Made by a program: the position numbers and the translations under genes. The notes under the pieces are model-generated. The model searched no databases. It was not told where the DNA came from and saw only the letters and a list, made by a program, of their open reading frames with translations. From a virus (taxonomy: Duplodnaviria > Caudoviricetes), in the IMG/VR virus record IMGVR_UViG_3300042569_000095, positions 1-29,927 of that record: a stretch of 29,927 nucleotides of DNA. One strand, 5' to 3'. The number at the start of each line of letters is the position of its first letter. Within the stretch, counting starts at the first letter, position 1. This document shows positions 16,277 to 23,979 of this stretch, in pieces.

Positions 16277-17155
16277 ATGAAAACAGTAAACAACGTTAGT
16301 GGAGGTAGAACCTCAGCATATTTAGCAGCTCATTATCCTGCTGATTTTAATTTATTTGCTCTCGTAAGAACAAACGACAAGGATTGTATGTATCCTGATG
16401 CAAAACTTCGTCAAATAGTTAGCGATAAGATTGGAGTTGAATTTATTGGTACTCTCGAAGATGACAAAATCATTCATACTATTTTAGATTTAGAACAGTA
16501 TTTAGGTCAAGAGATTGAATGGATAACAAGTGAATATGCTTTTGAGGATATTATTTTGAAGCAAAAAGCAGTTCCAAATGTTAGTCAACGATTTTGCACC
16601 AATATGTTAAAGATAATTCCTATGCAACAATGGTGGTATAAAAATTTTGACGAGCCAATTGAAGTTAGATTAGGTTTTAGAGCTAACGAACAAGGCAGAA
16701 AAAAGAATACATTGGCTTCATTAAATGAACGTGGATTTGTACCAGCAAAACTCGTAGTTGGAAAACATAAGAATGGCAATAATAAATGGAAAGAATTTGA
16801 TTGGCAAAAACCAGCATTTCCTCTTATAGAGGATGGATTATTTAAAGACGATATTGAAGAATTTTGGAAAGATAAGCCAGTTAGATTTGCTCCAATAAAT
16901 AACTGCGTTGGATGTTTTCACCAAAACCCAATTTTATTAAGAAAGAGATTTGATTGGCATCCAAACAAAATGGAATGGTTTGTCAAGCAAGAAAATGTAG
17001 CTGAAGATTTTAGAAAGAAAATTAAAGGCGAACGCTCTCAGTATACTAAATGGAAAAGTCAGTTTTTGTATGAGCAAATTAAAAACCATAAGTTACAACT
17101 TGACATTTTTGAAAGCGATTTCAATGAGTGCGATTCAGGTTATTGTGGACTATAA
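16277..17155 (+). CDS. PP-loop / PAPS-reductase-like protein
   Basis: Start ATG 16277; SGGRTS PP-loop, RFCT..LK, GFRANE..R, NCVGCF and terminal CDSGYC. Confidence 0.75.
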   Translation: MKTVNNVSGGRTSAYLAAHYPADFNLFALVRTNDKDCMYPDAKLRQIVSDKIGVEFIGTLEDDKIIHTILDLEQYLGQEIEWITSEYAFEDIILKQKAVPNVSQRFCTNMLKIIPMQQWWYKNFDEPIEVRLGFRANEQGRKKNTLASLNERGFVPAKLVVGKHKNGNNKWKEFDWQKPAFPLIEDGLFKDDIEEFWKDKPVRFAPINNCVGCFHQNPILLRKRFDWHPNKMEWFVKQENVAEDFRKKIKGERSQYTKWKSQFLYEQIKNHKLQLDIFESDFNECDSGYCGL

Positions 17156-17166
17156 AAAAACGAAAT

Positions 17167-17463
17167 ATGCAATTAGACCTTAAAATACTATGGGCAAAGA
17201 ACACCATTTGGACTGTCCGAGAACGAATAAAAAATGTACGCTTAAGATTAGAAGCAGAAAAGCCTGATGCAAAAGACTACATCAATGGCGGTAGAGATAG
17301 CGAAGAGCTGCTATTAAAAACCGAACTTGTGATTAAAGAAATGGAAAACGAGATTGTAAGTTTAAACCGAGAGCTGAATCAGTTATCAAGGCGAAACGCT
17401 CAACTGAGAGTGGCTTATCAGGAACTACAAGAAGAAATTAAATACAAAAATGTTGAACTATAA
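17167..17463 (+). CDS. Coiled-coil hypothetical protein
   Basis: Start moved to ATG 17167; heptad pattern. Confidence 0.7.
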   Translation: MQLDLKILWAKNTIWTVRERIKNVRLRLEAEKPDAKDYINGGRDSEELLLKTELVIKEMENEIVSLNRELNQLSRRNAQLRVAYQELQEEIKYKNVEL

Positions 17464-17475
17464 AAACAAGAACAA

Positions 17476-17733
17476 ATGAGAAAAGAGAAAAAATTAGTAG
17501 CATTGACCGCCTTCCTTCCTGTGTTGGCAGACTTCATTGAGGATTTAAACAATCAGTATGTATTTAAGCAATCATTAAAAAGAAAGGCTAATATACTTGC
17601 CGAAGAAATTGAGCGTGTAGACCGAGACATCCTACGAATAGACGGAGAGAACGCAGGTAAGATATTTGACGAGCAGATTCAGTTGCAGATTTTGTTTCGC
17701 CAATGGATTGAAGAAGTAATTGAATTAGACTGA
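17476..17733 (+). CDS. Hypothetical protein
   Basis: ORF track; in-operon spacing. Confidence 0.7.
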   Translation: MRKEKKLVALTAFLPVLADFIEDLNNQYVFKQSLKRKANILAEEIERVDRDILRIDGENAGKIFDEQIQLQILFRQWIEEVIELD

Positions 17734-18251
17734 TGCGATGCAAGAACTGCAAGGAGAAGTTTGAGCCTGTGCGCTTTAATCAAAAATACTGCTTGAATAA
17801 AATGTGTGTTGATGCTTGGGTTCAAGAAGCGAAAGTAAAGAACTGGCAGAAGAAGAAAAAGCAAATGAAAGCCGATTTAGAGACAGTGCAAGACATTGTA
17901 AAGGCTGCTCAAATGGTATTTAACAAATACATCAGGGAACGAGACAAAGACGAACTCTGCATCTCATGTAAGCAAGTACCTAAAAAGGTAAACGCAGGGC
18001 ATTTTTTCAACGCTAACAATCATTGGAACGTACGTTTTGATGAGGATAATGTTCACCTGCAATGCGAGAGGTGCAATAGTTTCTTATCAGGCAACCTAAT
18101 TGAGTATAGAGCTAACCTACTAACCAAAATCGGAGCTGAAAGATTTAATCAACTTGAGGCAAGAGCAAGGGTAACACGCAAGTTCACCAAAGACGAACTA
18201 AAAGAAATAATCAAAACCTACAAAAACAAGATTAAAAATGGAATACAATAG
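17733..18251 (+). CDS. ninG: NinG/Rap-like HNH junction endonuclease
   Basis: FNKYIRERD, CISC, AGHF, RFDEDNVHLQCERCN..LSGN. Confidence 0.85.
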   Translation: MRCKNCKEKFEPVRFNQKYCLNKMCVDAWVQEAKVKNWQKKKKQMKADLETVQDIVKAAQMVFNKYIRERDKDELCISCKQVPKKVNAGHFFNANNHWNVRFDEDNVHLQCERCNSFLSGNLIEYRANLLTKIGAERFNQLEARARVTRKFTKDELKEIIKTYKNKIKNGIQ

Positions 18252-18591
18252 TGACTTCCGTTACGACCTTAAAATAGGTCAGGAGTATGAAACCTTGTTA
18301 AGCGAGGTAATAGCTTCTACAATCGAAGTAAAACGTGATTTTAAGTGCTATGAGACAGGTAATCTATTTGTAGAATATGAAAGCAGAGGCAAGAAAAGCG
18401 GAATCAGCACAACTGAAGCTAAATGGTGGGTGTATTGGTTTAGTAAAACACGAAGCATTTTGATTGAAACAAGCGAATTAAAGCAGATGTGCAGAAAATA
18501 CATAGGCACAAACCGAGATATTTTAGGTGGAGATTCAAATACCAGTAAAGGAATATTGCTACCGATGGAAGATTTATTGAAAAATATTTAA
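18238..18591 (+). CDS. Small PD-(D/E)xK-like nuclease-fold protein
   Basis: IEVKRD and TGNLFVEYESRGKKSGI motifs. Confidence 0.55.
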   Translation: MEYNSDFRYDLKIGQEYETLLSEVIASTIEVKRDFKCYETGNLFVEYESRGKKSGISTTEAKWWVYWFSKTRSILIETSELKQMCRKYIGTNRDILGGDSNTSKGILLPMEDLLKNI

Positions 18592-18621
18592 ATAAAAATA
18601 TATTTATATCTAAATAATGTA

Positions 18622-18629
18622 TATATTTG
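18622..18629 (+). promoter_or_regulatory. Bacteroidota -7 promoter element upstream of erf
   Basis: TATATTTG in an AT-rich intergenic gap. Confidence 0.7.
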
Positions 18630-18646
18630 TATAAAAATAACACGCT

Positions 18647-19174
18647 ATGAAAAGTTTACTAAAAGTTCAGGCAGAACTAAAATGCCCAAAAGGTTCTTTC
18701 AACTCGTTTGGAAAGTACAAGTACCGAAGTGCCGAGCAGATTCTCGAATCACTCAAGCCATTGCTACAAAAACACGAGCTACAATTAATTCTTACCGATA
18801 ATATAGTTGAGGTAGGTAGTAAGCTATTTTTAAAGGCTACTGCAATCATTTTAGATGCTTCAGGTGAAAGTCTAACAGTTTGTGGTTTTGCAGAGCTTGG
18901 AGAACACAAAGGAATGTCAAGTGAGCAATGCACTGGCACTGCATCAAGCTACGCTCGTAAGTACGCTCTCAATGGTTTGTTCTTAATTGACGAGACTGAA
19001 TCCGACCCCGACTCTAAAGACAACTCAAAGACGGAGAAGAAACTACCTGCAATTGACCAAAAGCGTTTTAGCGCAGCAGTACAAGCCATCGCCAAAGGTG
19101 AGTTCACACGAGAGAAACTCGAATCATCCTTTGCATTAACTGAAGGTCAAATTGATATGCTTAACGCATTGTGA
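18647..19174 (+). CDS. erf: Erf-family ssDNA annealing protein
   Basis: YKYRSAEQI and GTASSYARKYAL.GLFLI...DPD. Confidence 0.85.
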   Translation: MKSLLKVQAELKCPKGSFNSFGKYKYRSAEQILESLKPLLQKHELQLILTDNIVEVGSKLFLKATAIILDASGESLTVCGFAELGEHKGMSSEQCTGTASSYARKYALNGLFLIDETESDPDSKDNSKTEKKLPAIDQKRFSAAVQAIAKGEFTREKLESSFALTEGQIDMLNAL

Positions 19175-19851
19175 AAGCTCTCAAGATTCGATGTTCTGCC
19201 ATAGGTAAAATCATGGCAACACCACGCTCTAAAACGGAGCTACTATCCCAAACGGCTAAAACTTACATCCACGAACTAGTGCTACAAGAGAAATACGGCA
19301 TCAGGAAGGAGTTTTCAAGCCGTTACACGGACAAAGGCAACGCAGTTGAGGATTTATCTATCTCGTTAGTTAATGAGGTCTTAGACGTAAACTTTATCTA
19401 CAAGAACGAGCAGTATTTTGAGAACGATTATATCAAAGGAACACCTGACGTAAACACGGAGGATGTATTACTTGACGTAAAAAGCTCTTGGGATGCTACT
19501 ACCTTTCCTTTTTTTGATACCGAAATCCCTAACAAAGACTACTTTTTTCAGTTGCAAGGTTATCTATGGTTGACTGGCAAGGAACAGGCAATGCTTTGTT
19601 ATTGTCTTGTTGATACACCTATCGACATGGTAGAGGATGAAATCCGTAGAGCGCATTGGAAACTACACAAGATTGATGAGGACTACGACTTGCGTGAGGA
19701 GATTCTGAGAAAACACGAATTTAGCCAAATCCCAAAGAACCGCAGAGTAAAAGTATTCTACGTACAAAAAGACGAAGCAGTCATCGAGCAAATCAAAGAC
19801 CGTATAGAAGATTGCAGATTGTACTACAACGAATTAATGAAATTCCTATGA
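19171..19851 (+). CDS. YqaJ / lambda-exonuclease-like nuclease
   Basis: GTPD...DVKSS...YFFQLQGY motifs; paired with Erf. Confidence 0.85.
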   Translation: MKALKIRCSAIGKIMATPRSKTELLSQTAKTYIHELVLQEKYGIRKEFSSRYTDKGNAVEDLSISLVNEVLDVNFIYKNEQYFENDYIKGTPDVNTEDVLLDVKSSWDATTFPFFDTEIPNKDYFFQLQGYLWLTGKEQAMLCYCLVDTPIDMVEDEIRRAHWKLHKIDEDYDLREEILRKHEFSQIPKNRRVKVFYVQKDEAVIEQIKDRIEDCRLYYNELMKFL

Positions 19852-20123
19852 ACCAGCAAGTAGAAGACCCGATAGTAATGGCAGTTTTAGCGAAGTACGC
19901 AGAACGCTCACAACGAGGGATAGAGAAGTACGGAACTATGCTAACACGAACCGATTTAAACCTCACTGATTGGCTGAATCACTTACAGGAGGAGCTGATG
20001 GATGCCACGCTATACATTGAGAAGCTCAAAGCAGATTTGAAGCAAGCGCAAAAGGATGCCATTATTGATTTGATGAATAGCGAGTACGATGAGATGCTCA
20101 ATGAGGACAAGGATAAGTGGTAA
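19848..20123 (+). CDS. Small helical protein, possibly MazG-like nucleotide pyrophosphatase
   Basis: Start ATG 19848; GIEKYG and HLQEELMDATLY (EExxD). Confidence 0.5.
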   Translation: MNQQVEDPIVMAVLAKYAERSQRGIEKYGTMLTRTDLNLTDWLNHLQEELMDATLYIEKLKADLKQAQKDAIIDLMNSEYDEMLNEDKDKW

Positions 20124-20158
20124 AAATTGCCACATAAGTTAAACAAAAATGTAATACA

Positions 20159-20401
20159 ATGAAAACAGCAGTAGAATGGTTAGTGCATGAATTAGGTTTA
20201 GATTGCACAACTGACCACGAAGATGAAATTCATGAGGCTTTGGAAATGGAGAAGGAGCAGAAAGGTTATAGCGAGGAAGATGTAATTAAATTATTAACAC
20301 AAAGGTCTAAACATTTTGGCACAAACGTTAAACCTTTTCAAGAATTACTCCTTAAACAAGACTTAGAATGGTTTGAACAATTTAAACAACAAGAACAATG
20401 A
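20159..20401 (+). CDS. Hypothetical protein (MKTAVEWL...), array gene 1
   Basis: ORF track; ends KQQEQ-stop within the junction repeat. Confidence 0.75.
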   Translation: MKTAVEWLVHELGLDCTTDHEDEIHEALEMEKEQKGYSEEDVIKLLTQRSKHFGTNVKPFQELLLKQDLEWFEQFKQQEQ

Positions 20402-20556
20402 AATGCGACCATAAAAATTGTACAAGAAATGCAACAATAACCAATAACCAATATTTTGAAGGTAAATGGTATTGTACATTTCACGCAAATAACGCCACTA
20501 AAGATGGTAGAATATTAAGAAAGTTAAAATTAAAAACTAAACAACAAGAACAATGA
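20398..20556 (+). CDS. 52-aa Cx4C...Cx2H zinc-finger-like protein, array gene 2
   Basis: Not in the ORF track. MKCDHKNC...WYCTFH...KQQEQ; bounded by identical repeats. Confidence 0.75.
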   Translation: MKCDHKNCTRNATITNNQYFEGKWYCTFHANNATKDGRILRKLKLKTKQQEQ

Positions 20557-20744
20557 AAACAGTAGTTATAAGTTTTAAAAAAATTTCAAACATGAGTGAA
20601 AAATTAGAAGGCGCATTTTTCAATTGGTTAAGAGAAAATAACATCCCATATACAGCAAGTGATTTCATTTCCCATAACATATTTGTTGAAGAACATAATG
20701 TATCAAAGATAAAAAAAGTATGGCCTGAAATTATTAAACTTTAA
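20553..20744 (+). CDS. Hypothetical protein, array gene 3
   Basis: ORF track; starts in the repeat. Confidence 0.75.
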   Translation: MKTVVISFKKISNMSEKLEGAFFNWLRENNIPYTASDFISHNIFVEEHNVSKIKKVWPEIIKL

Positions 20745-20753
20745 ACAAGAACA

Positions 20754-20960
20754 ATGAAACAAATAACAAAATCAGTAATTAAGCTATCGGAGATTCCACA
20801 GCATTTACAAAAAGACGAAATCCTACAAGGACATAAAGTACATACCTACGCAGAGTTCCATATTGATGACTCCGAACAAGACGAGTTAACTTTGTGGCTA
20901 TTTAGTCAGTACCCTACATTAAAACGAAAGGCAAGTTTTTTAATTCACATTGATAAATAA
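20754..20960 (+). CDS. Hypothetical protein, array gene 4
   Basis: ORF track; starts in the repeat. Confidence 0.75.
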   Translation: MKQITKSVIKLSEIPQHLQKDEILQGHKVHTYAEFHIDDSEQDELTLWLFSQYPTLKRKASFLIHIDK

Positions 20961-20965
20961 GAACA

Positions 20966-21124
20966 ATGAAAATAGAAATAACCCACTACGGAAATAAAGC
21001 GAGCTATGAGTTCGAACACGAGGATGTGGAGATTGATGACTTGCTTCATCACATCGAGCAGTTGATTCGATTAACTGGATATTCAATCAATGGAACATTA
21101 GAAATCGTAAAAGAGGAGCAATGA
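20966..21124 (+). CDS. 52-aa acidic protein (MKIEITHYGNKASYEFEH...), array gene 5
   Basis: Not in the ORF track. Starts in the repeat and ends EEQ-stop. Confidence 0.75.
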   Translation: MKIEITHYGNKASYEFEHEDVEIDDLLHHIEQLIRLTGYSINGTLEIVKEEQ

Positions 21125-21312
21125 AAATACAAAGTGAATTTATAAGAATAGGTGAGGGTACTACTTACCACGAGCAGTATTTTGAAACCCAAACATTTGA
21201 AAAAATATCTGTAAGCAACTGGCGATTGATTCAAGACTTGGTTGATGACTTGGCGCAGATATTAAGCGAGGGTAAAAAAGTCAAAGTTGATGTACAAATA
21301 ATAGAACAATGA
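21121..21312 (+). CDS. Hypothetical protein, array gene 6
   Basis: ORF track; ends IEQ-stop in the repeat. Confidence 0.75.
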   Translation: MKIQSEFIRIGEGTTYHEQYFETQTFEKISVSNWRLIQDLVDDLAQILSEGKKVKVDVQIIEQ

Positions 21313-21407
21313 AACCCGAAAACGAATATATCGCAGCAATCTGCACAATGCTACTTGTAACGGCAGTAGTAATTATTTTAGTAATCAAGTTAATTTTTAA
21401 TTTATAA
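21309..21407 (+). CDS. 32-aa single-TM peptide, array gene 7
   Basis: Not in the ORF track. MKPENEYIAAICTMLLVTAVVIILVIKLIFNL. Confidence 0.65.
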   Translation: MKPENEYIAAICTMLLVTAVVIILVIKLIFNL

Positions 21408-21799
21408 TGGAAAAGAAAATACCATCTCAACTAAATGGTTGGGTAAACGGAAAAGAGTATGCGGACTATAATGATGTAGTTTCGTGTTTTGGTACAATCG
21501 TAATGGAATTAAATGACGATGATTATCAAGGCGATGAAAGATATTTATTAGAAAAAAATGGTAAATATGGATATACAATTATTGGTTTTGGTTCTTGTTC
21601 TGGATGCGATTGGCTTCAAGGATGCTCAACCAAAGAAGAAAAAATTGATTTAATTTTAGAAATTGAAAGAGATATAAAATGGTTTAAATCTTTAGATGAT
21701 ATTAAAAAATATTTCAAAGAAAAAGATTGGGAACTTGAATACTCTTGGCATCAAAAAGAAACAAAAGAATTTATAAATAAAGTATTAAATTTTAATTAA
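21407..21799 (+). CDS. AT-rich hypothetical protein with a GSCSGCD motif
   Basis: ORF track; visibly more AT-rich than its neighbours. Confidence 0.75.
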   Translation: MEKKIPSQLNGWVNGKEYADYNDVVSCFGTIVMELNDDDYQGDERYLLEKNGKYGYTIIGFGSCSGCDWLQGCSTKEEKIDLILEIERDIKWFKSLDDIKKYFKEKDWELEYSWHQKETKEFINKVLNFN

Positions 21800-21806
21800 A
21801 TAACAA

Positions 21807-22040
21807 ATGGAAAACAAAACAAACACAGGAGCAATCTTTAAGAACGACAAAAAGACGAATGAAAAACAACCCGACTATAAAGGAAAGGTAAACGTAAATG
21901 GTAAAGAAATGGAAGTAGCTTTGTGGGTAAAGCAAGGCAAAAACGGAAGTTTCTTCTCCGCTGCATTCAGCGAGCCGTATGTTGCGCCAGTTGAACGTGC
22001 GCCTATTGGGGATAGTATTGACGATGACCTACCATTTTGA
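21807..22040 (+). CDS. Small ssDNA-binding-like protein
   Basis: KQPDYKG core and the acidic DDDLPF C-terminal tail typical of SSBs. Confidence 0.7.
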   Translation: MENKTNTGAIFKNDKKTNEKQPDYKGKVNVNGKEMEVALWVKQGKNGSFFSAAFSEPYVAPVERAPIGDSIDDDLPF

Positions 22041-22041
22041 T

Positions 22042-22263
22042 ATGTATATCAATGACGAAGACCTAAGGAAGCAGATACACAAACTCCTGCTTACCCGAAC
22101 ACGAAACCAAATCGTAGAGGACATCAAGCTATTAGGATACAAGATGCACCACTTTCAGGTAAACAACTTCCTAAAAGGCAAAGACGTCACCTTATCAACA
22201 CTTCACAAGTTAGATAACTACGTTAGCCGAGAGGTGTATTTAAACGATTTAGAGCCACTTTAA
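22042..22263 (+). CDS. Small HTH-like protein
   Basis: Start ATG 22042; VNNFLKGKDVTLSTLHKL is Cro/XRE-like. Confidence 0.55.
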   Translation: MYINDEDLRKQIHKLLLTRTRNQIVEDIKLLGYKMHHFQVNNFLKGKDVTLSTLHKLDNYVSREVYLNDLEPL

Positions 22264-22278
22264 CAGGTGGCTTTTTTT
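22251..22278 (+). terminator. Intrinsic terminator ending the recombination/array operon
   Basis: AGAGCCACTT-TAAC-AGGTGGCTTT with a T run; arms resemble the 12461 terminator. Confidence 0.85.
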
Positions 22279-22286
22279 GTAGGCAA

Positions 22287-22317
22287 CTTGCTTGATTAAA
22301 ATATAGTCTTATATTTG
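22287..22317 (+). promoter_or_regulatory. Bacteroidota promoter for the sigma gene
   Basis: CTTG-N19-TATATTTG. Confidence 0.75.
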
Positions 22318-22332
22318 TTTAGAATTTAACCA

Positions 22333-22857
22333 ATGAACGCACTAAATATCTTATCAAAGCACCATAAGGAATGGCTTAACATAGTCCGTTTATTTGGCAA
22401 TGATGAATCAGCAGAGGACATCGTGCATGATGTTTACCTAAAAATCCACGAATACAACTACTACCAAAAGATACTAATAGACGGAGAGCCAAATCGTGCG
22501 CTTATGTGGATACTACTTCGAAACACAACGTACAGGGCAAACAAAACTGCATCTAATGACTTATCTATAGAGGTTGTTAGGGATTTATCAGGTGAGGAAT
22601 TTGAGCTAATTAAACACGAATCCTTAGATAACATCTACGAAAGAATAAACTACGAGGTAGCCAGTTGGGATTGGTACGACCAAAAGCTATGGAAGATATA
22701 TAAAGACGAACAAAAATCAATGCGCAAGATAGCAGAGGACACAGGTATAAGTTTAATGTCTATTTTCAGAACTATAAAATCTTGCAAAGAAAGAATCCGT
22801 CAGTCAGTCGGAGAAGACTACACTGACTTTTTAAATAACGAATTTGAATTAATTTAA
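22333..22857 (+). CDS. ECF-like sigma-70 factor (probable late activator)
   Basis: AEDIVHDVYLK (region 2) and SMRKIAEDTGISLMSIFRTIK (region 4 HTH); 174 aa. Confidence 0.8.
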   Translation: MNALNILSKHHKEWLNIVRLFGNDESAEDIVHDVYLKIHEYNYYQKILIDGEPNRALMWILLRNTTYRANKTASNDLSIEVVRDLSGEEFELIKHESLDNIYERINYEVASWDWYDQKLWKIYKDEQKSMRKIAEDTGISLMSIFRTIKSCKERIRQSVGEDYTDFLNNEFELI

Positions 22858-22859
22858 TT

Positions 22860-23219
22860 ATGGCAAAAAGAAAAGCACAGGGTTTAGGTGATACAATCGA
22901 ACAAATCACGGAAGCCACAGGAATCAAAAAGTTAGTAGAGTTTGTAGCAGGTGAGGACTGCGGATGCGAAGAACGTAAGAAGAAGCTCAATGAGTTATTT
23001 CCTTACCGAAACACGAACTGCCTAACGGAAGAAGAATACCAATGGCTAAATGAAACAAACATACTTGCAAAAGACACTTTCAAGCCAAGTGAGCAGACTA
23101 AACTCATTGCAATTTACAACCGTGTTTTCAACCTACGTCAAGAGCCTACAAGCTGCGCATCTTGCTTTAGAGAACTGGTATTTAAAATGCAAAAGGTCTA
23201 CGCTGAATATAACAAATGA
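22860..23219 (+). CDS. Cys-motif hypothetical protein (GLGDTIE...DCGC...SCASC)
   Basis: ORF track; possible zinc binding. Confidence 0.75.
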   Translation: MAKRKAQGLGDTIEQITEATGIKKLVEFVAGEDCGCEERKKKLNELFPYRNTNCLTEEEYQWLNETNILAKDTFKPSEQTKLIAIYNRVFNLRQEPTSCASCFRELVFKMQKVYAEYNK

Positions 23220-23419
23220 GATATTATCTTTTAGACTACGGCAGAGACCTGATTGAGTATGCTCACGAAATGTCAGCGAGGATACGAAAAGACGGACACC
23301 ATCTAATCGAATACTTTACCGATTCAGATGGCTTGATGTGTTTAGAAGAGATAAGCGAAGACGAATTTTTAGACCACTTTAGAAAGGTAAAAGATGCCTA
23401 CAATAACTCCACTACCTAA
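23216..23419 (+). CDS. Hypothetical protein
   Basis: ORF track; ATGA-coupled. Confidence 0.65.
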   Translation: MRYYLLDYGRDLIEYAHEMSARIRKDGHHLIEYFTDSDGLMCLEEISEDEFLDHFRKVKDAYNNSTT

Positions 23420-23576
23420 AGAACTACCAATCGAGTTTCTGCAAAGATGTATGGCAGATGACTCAATGGTAAAAGAGTTCCCTGATTTAGGAGTAAGGCA
23501 CTCACAATGTATGATACAACTAACAAAACACGAAATAAATAATGGCAAAAGTAGGAAGACCAAGAAAGATAGATAG
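23394..23576 (+). CDS. Hypothetical protein (F..RCM.D..M..EFPD)
   Basis: ORF track; fills the gap before terS. Confidence 0.6.
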   Translation: MPTITPLPKELPIEFLQRCMADDSMVKEFPDLGVRHSQCMIQLTKHEINNGKSRKTKKDR

Positions 23577-23979
23577 TCCCGAACATCTATTAGAGCTATT
23601 CAAAAGCTACAAACTATGGGTAAAAGAAAACCCTCGTTACAAATACAACCTAAACCAAAGGACTGGTGATATGGTTGCAGAACCTCTCGAATGTCCTCTC
23701 ACAATGGAAGGCTTTGAAGTCTACTGCTTCAATAAGTTTGACCTAACAATCGAACACTACATTAGGAATACCGAAGGAGCTTATCAAGAATTTTGCGGTA
23801 TCTCTACACATATAAAGCGAGAAATCCGTCAAGACCAAATCAACGGAGGCTTGGTAGGGCAGTACAACGCTAACTTAACTGCACGTTTAAACGGACTCAC
23901 GGAGAAGACCGAGAACACTATCGTAACCGAGCAACCGCTATTCAACTTTAATGTTTCAGGTAACAACGGCAATTCGTAA
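23542..23979 (+). CDS. terS: Terminase small subunit (P22 gp3-like)
   Basis: GRPRKI, PLTMEGF and GQYNANLTARLNGL; upstream of terL. Confidence 0.8.
   Translation: MAKVGRPRKIDSPEHLLELFKSYKLWVKENPRYKYNLNQRTGDMVAEPLECPLTMEGFEVYCFNKFDLTIEHYIRNTEGAYQEFCGISTHIKREIRQDQINGGLVGQYNANLTARLNGLTEKTENTIVTEQPLFNFNVSGNNGNS

Larger units (their letters stand above)
20383..21314 (+). repeat. Dispersed gene-junction repeat (TAAACAAC)AAGAACAATGAAA
   Basis: 21-nt identical copies at 20383 and 20538; shorter copies at 20742, 20959, 21113 (GAGCAATGAAA variant) and 21303. Confidence 0.9.

Noticed and set aside
20383-21314. Junction repeats as CRISPR repeats or integron attC sites
   Set aside because: The spacers are whole ORFs of 150-210 nt, the repeats are non-palindromic and degenerate, and there is no integrase.
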